Origin: Dimorphilus gyrociliatus
Taxonomy: Eukaryota; Animalia; Annelida
Direction of reading: 5' to 3'
Length of the DNA: 64,000 nt
Assembly: GCA_904063045.1 (NCBI GenBank)
Contig: CAJFCJ010000005.1
Coordinates: forward strand, 3,528,165-3,592,164
Below the pieces are notes generated by a model, which was given only the letters and a program-made list of their open reading frames with translations, was not told where the DNA came from and made no database searches. The translations under genes were made by a program, and so were the position numbers. Positions 63,145-64,000 of the stretch are shown here, one piece after another; position 1 is the first letter of the stretch; every line of letters starts with the position of its first letter.

Positions 63145-64000
63145 CTAAAATTATAAAAAAAGGAGAATGATGAATGTTTTTAAATAAGCTAAAAAGAAAA
63201 AGATCAAATAGATAGTTAAATATAAATGTTTTTTGAACGAGAGGAGGTTTTATATCACCTATTTAAGGATTAAATATGGGTCGTAAAATGTAGCAAGCGG
63301 TTCGTTTAACTCCATCAGGCTAATAGACTTATCTGGCTAGAGATCTAAAGAGCAGTCTCCTGCTCATCCCGCCTCCCCCTCTATGCATGACTGTCACATG
63401 GGAGCTCTGGTTAATTTGTATATTCTTAGCAGCAGGGACAGGTGTCAGGATTTTCTAATAGCTTATTTTACCTTATTTATTGTATACTGTCTATGAGAAA
63501 AATTGTAAGTTTCTCTTGTTTGAACACACAAAAAACCGTCCACTATACTTTACTACTTTTACTCATTTTCTCTTCTCAATAATTATCTTTCTTACCAGTT
63601 TATACAATTAAACCATTCATTAATATTTCAATAACTACTTAACAAGAAAAGTTAGTAAACAAATAGTTTATATATTATATTTTGTAAAATTAATAAAAAC
63701 GCCTACAAACAACATTACTAATAATGTAGTATACACCTATTGAGAAACAATACTATTAGTTATTGCTATTATATATTTAACAGTGATACGAGAGTAGGGA
63801 AATCTATTCATTTATTCATATAATTTTACAATTGTCAGGAAATAAGCTTGATCTCATGGGCATAAATATGTTTATGTAAAAGTCGTATACTTGTCAAATG
63901 TCCGCATGAAGGCGTAATGATTGTATTGCATGCGTACAACTAACATTTGTTTAATATATGAATTACACATTTTTTTACATTTTTAATAAAACTTTTTCAA

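Noticed and set aside
1-64000. tRNA, rRNA, snRNA or CRISPR features
   Set aside because: No cloverleaf with A/B boxes, rRNA signature or repeat-spacer array was seen by eye. An Infernal/tRNAscan run would be decisive.

Overview
AT-rich, gene-dense animal genomic DNA with mostly 45-80 nt GT-AG introns. It is probably a compact invertebrate (lophotrochozoan-type) genome; the species cannot be determined from the sequence. The left 41 kb is ordinary gene space: NEK1 (partial), SRRT/Ars2, three DDB_G0268948-like SAM methyltransferase paralogues, two orphan genes, a complete 16.7-kb DNAH10, another orphan, PYURF/PreY, a calmodulin-like gene and a CXorf65/C22orf15-like gene. A near-perfect 645-bp inverted duplication brackets the third methyltransferase. 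DNAH10 carries an RFX X-box and several candidate in-frame cassette exons. From about 41 to 59 kb lies a dynamic accessory region: a plus-strand tandem array of six divergent paralogues (three apparently intact, one probably intact, two pseudogenes). Their shared N-terminal domain matches, by motif comparison from memory, the NRF1/erect-wing DNA-binding domain, followed by acidic low-complexity tails. The array is interleaved with an internally deleted BEL/Pao retroelement, an orphan class A GPCR and a deleted GPCR fragment. The right end holds an intron-containing fungal-CysB-type cysteine synthase and the last exon of a Dbx homeobox gene. No rRNA, tRNA or CRISPR array was found. All gene models were spliced by eye and need RNA-seq confirmation.
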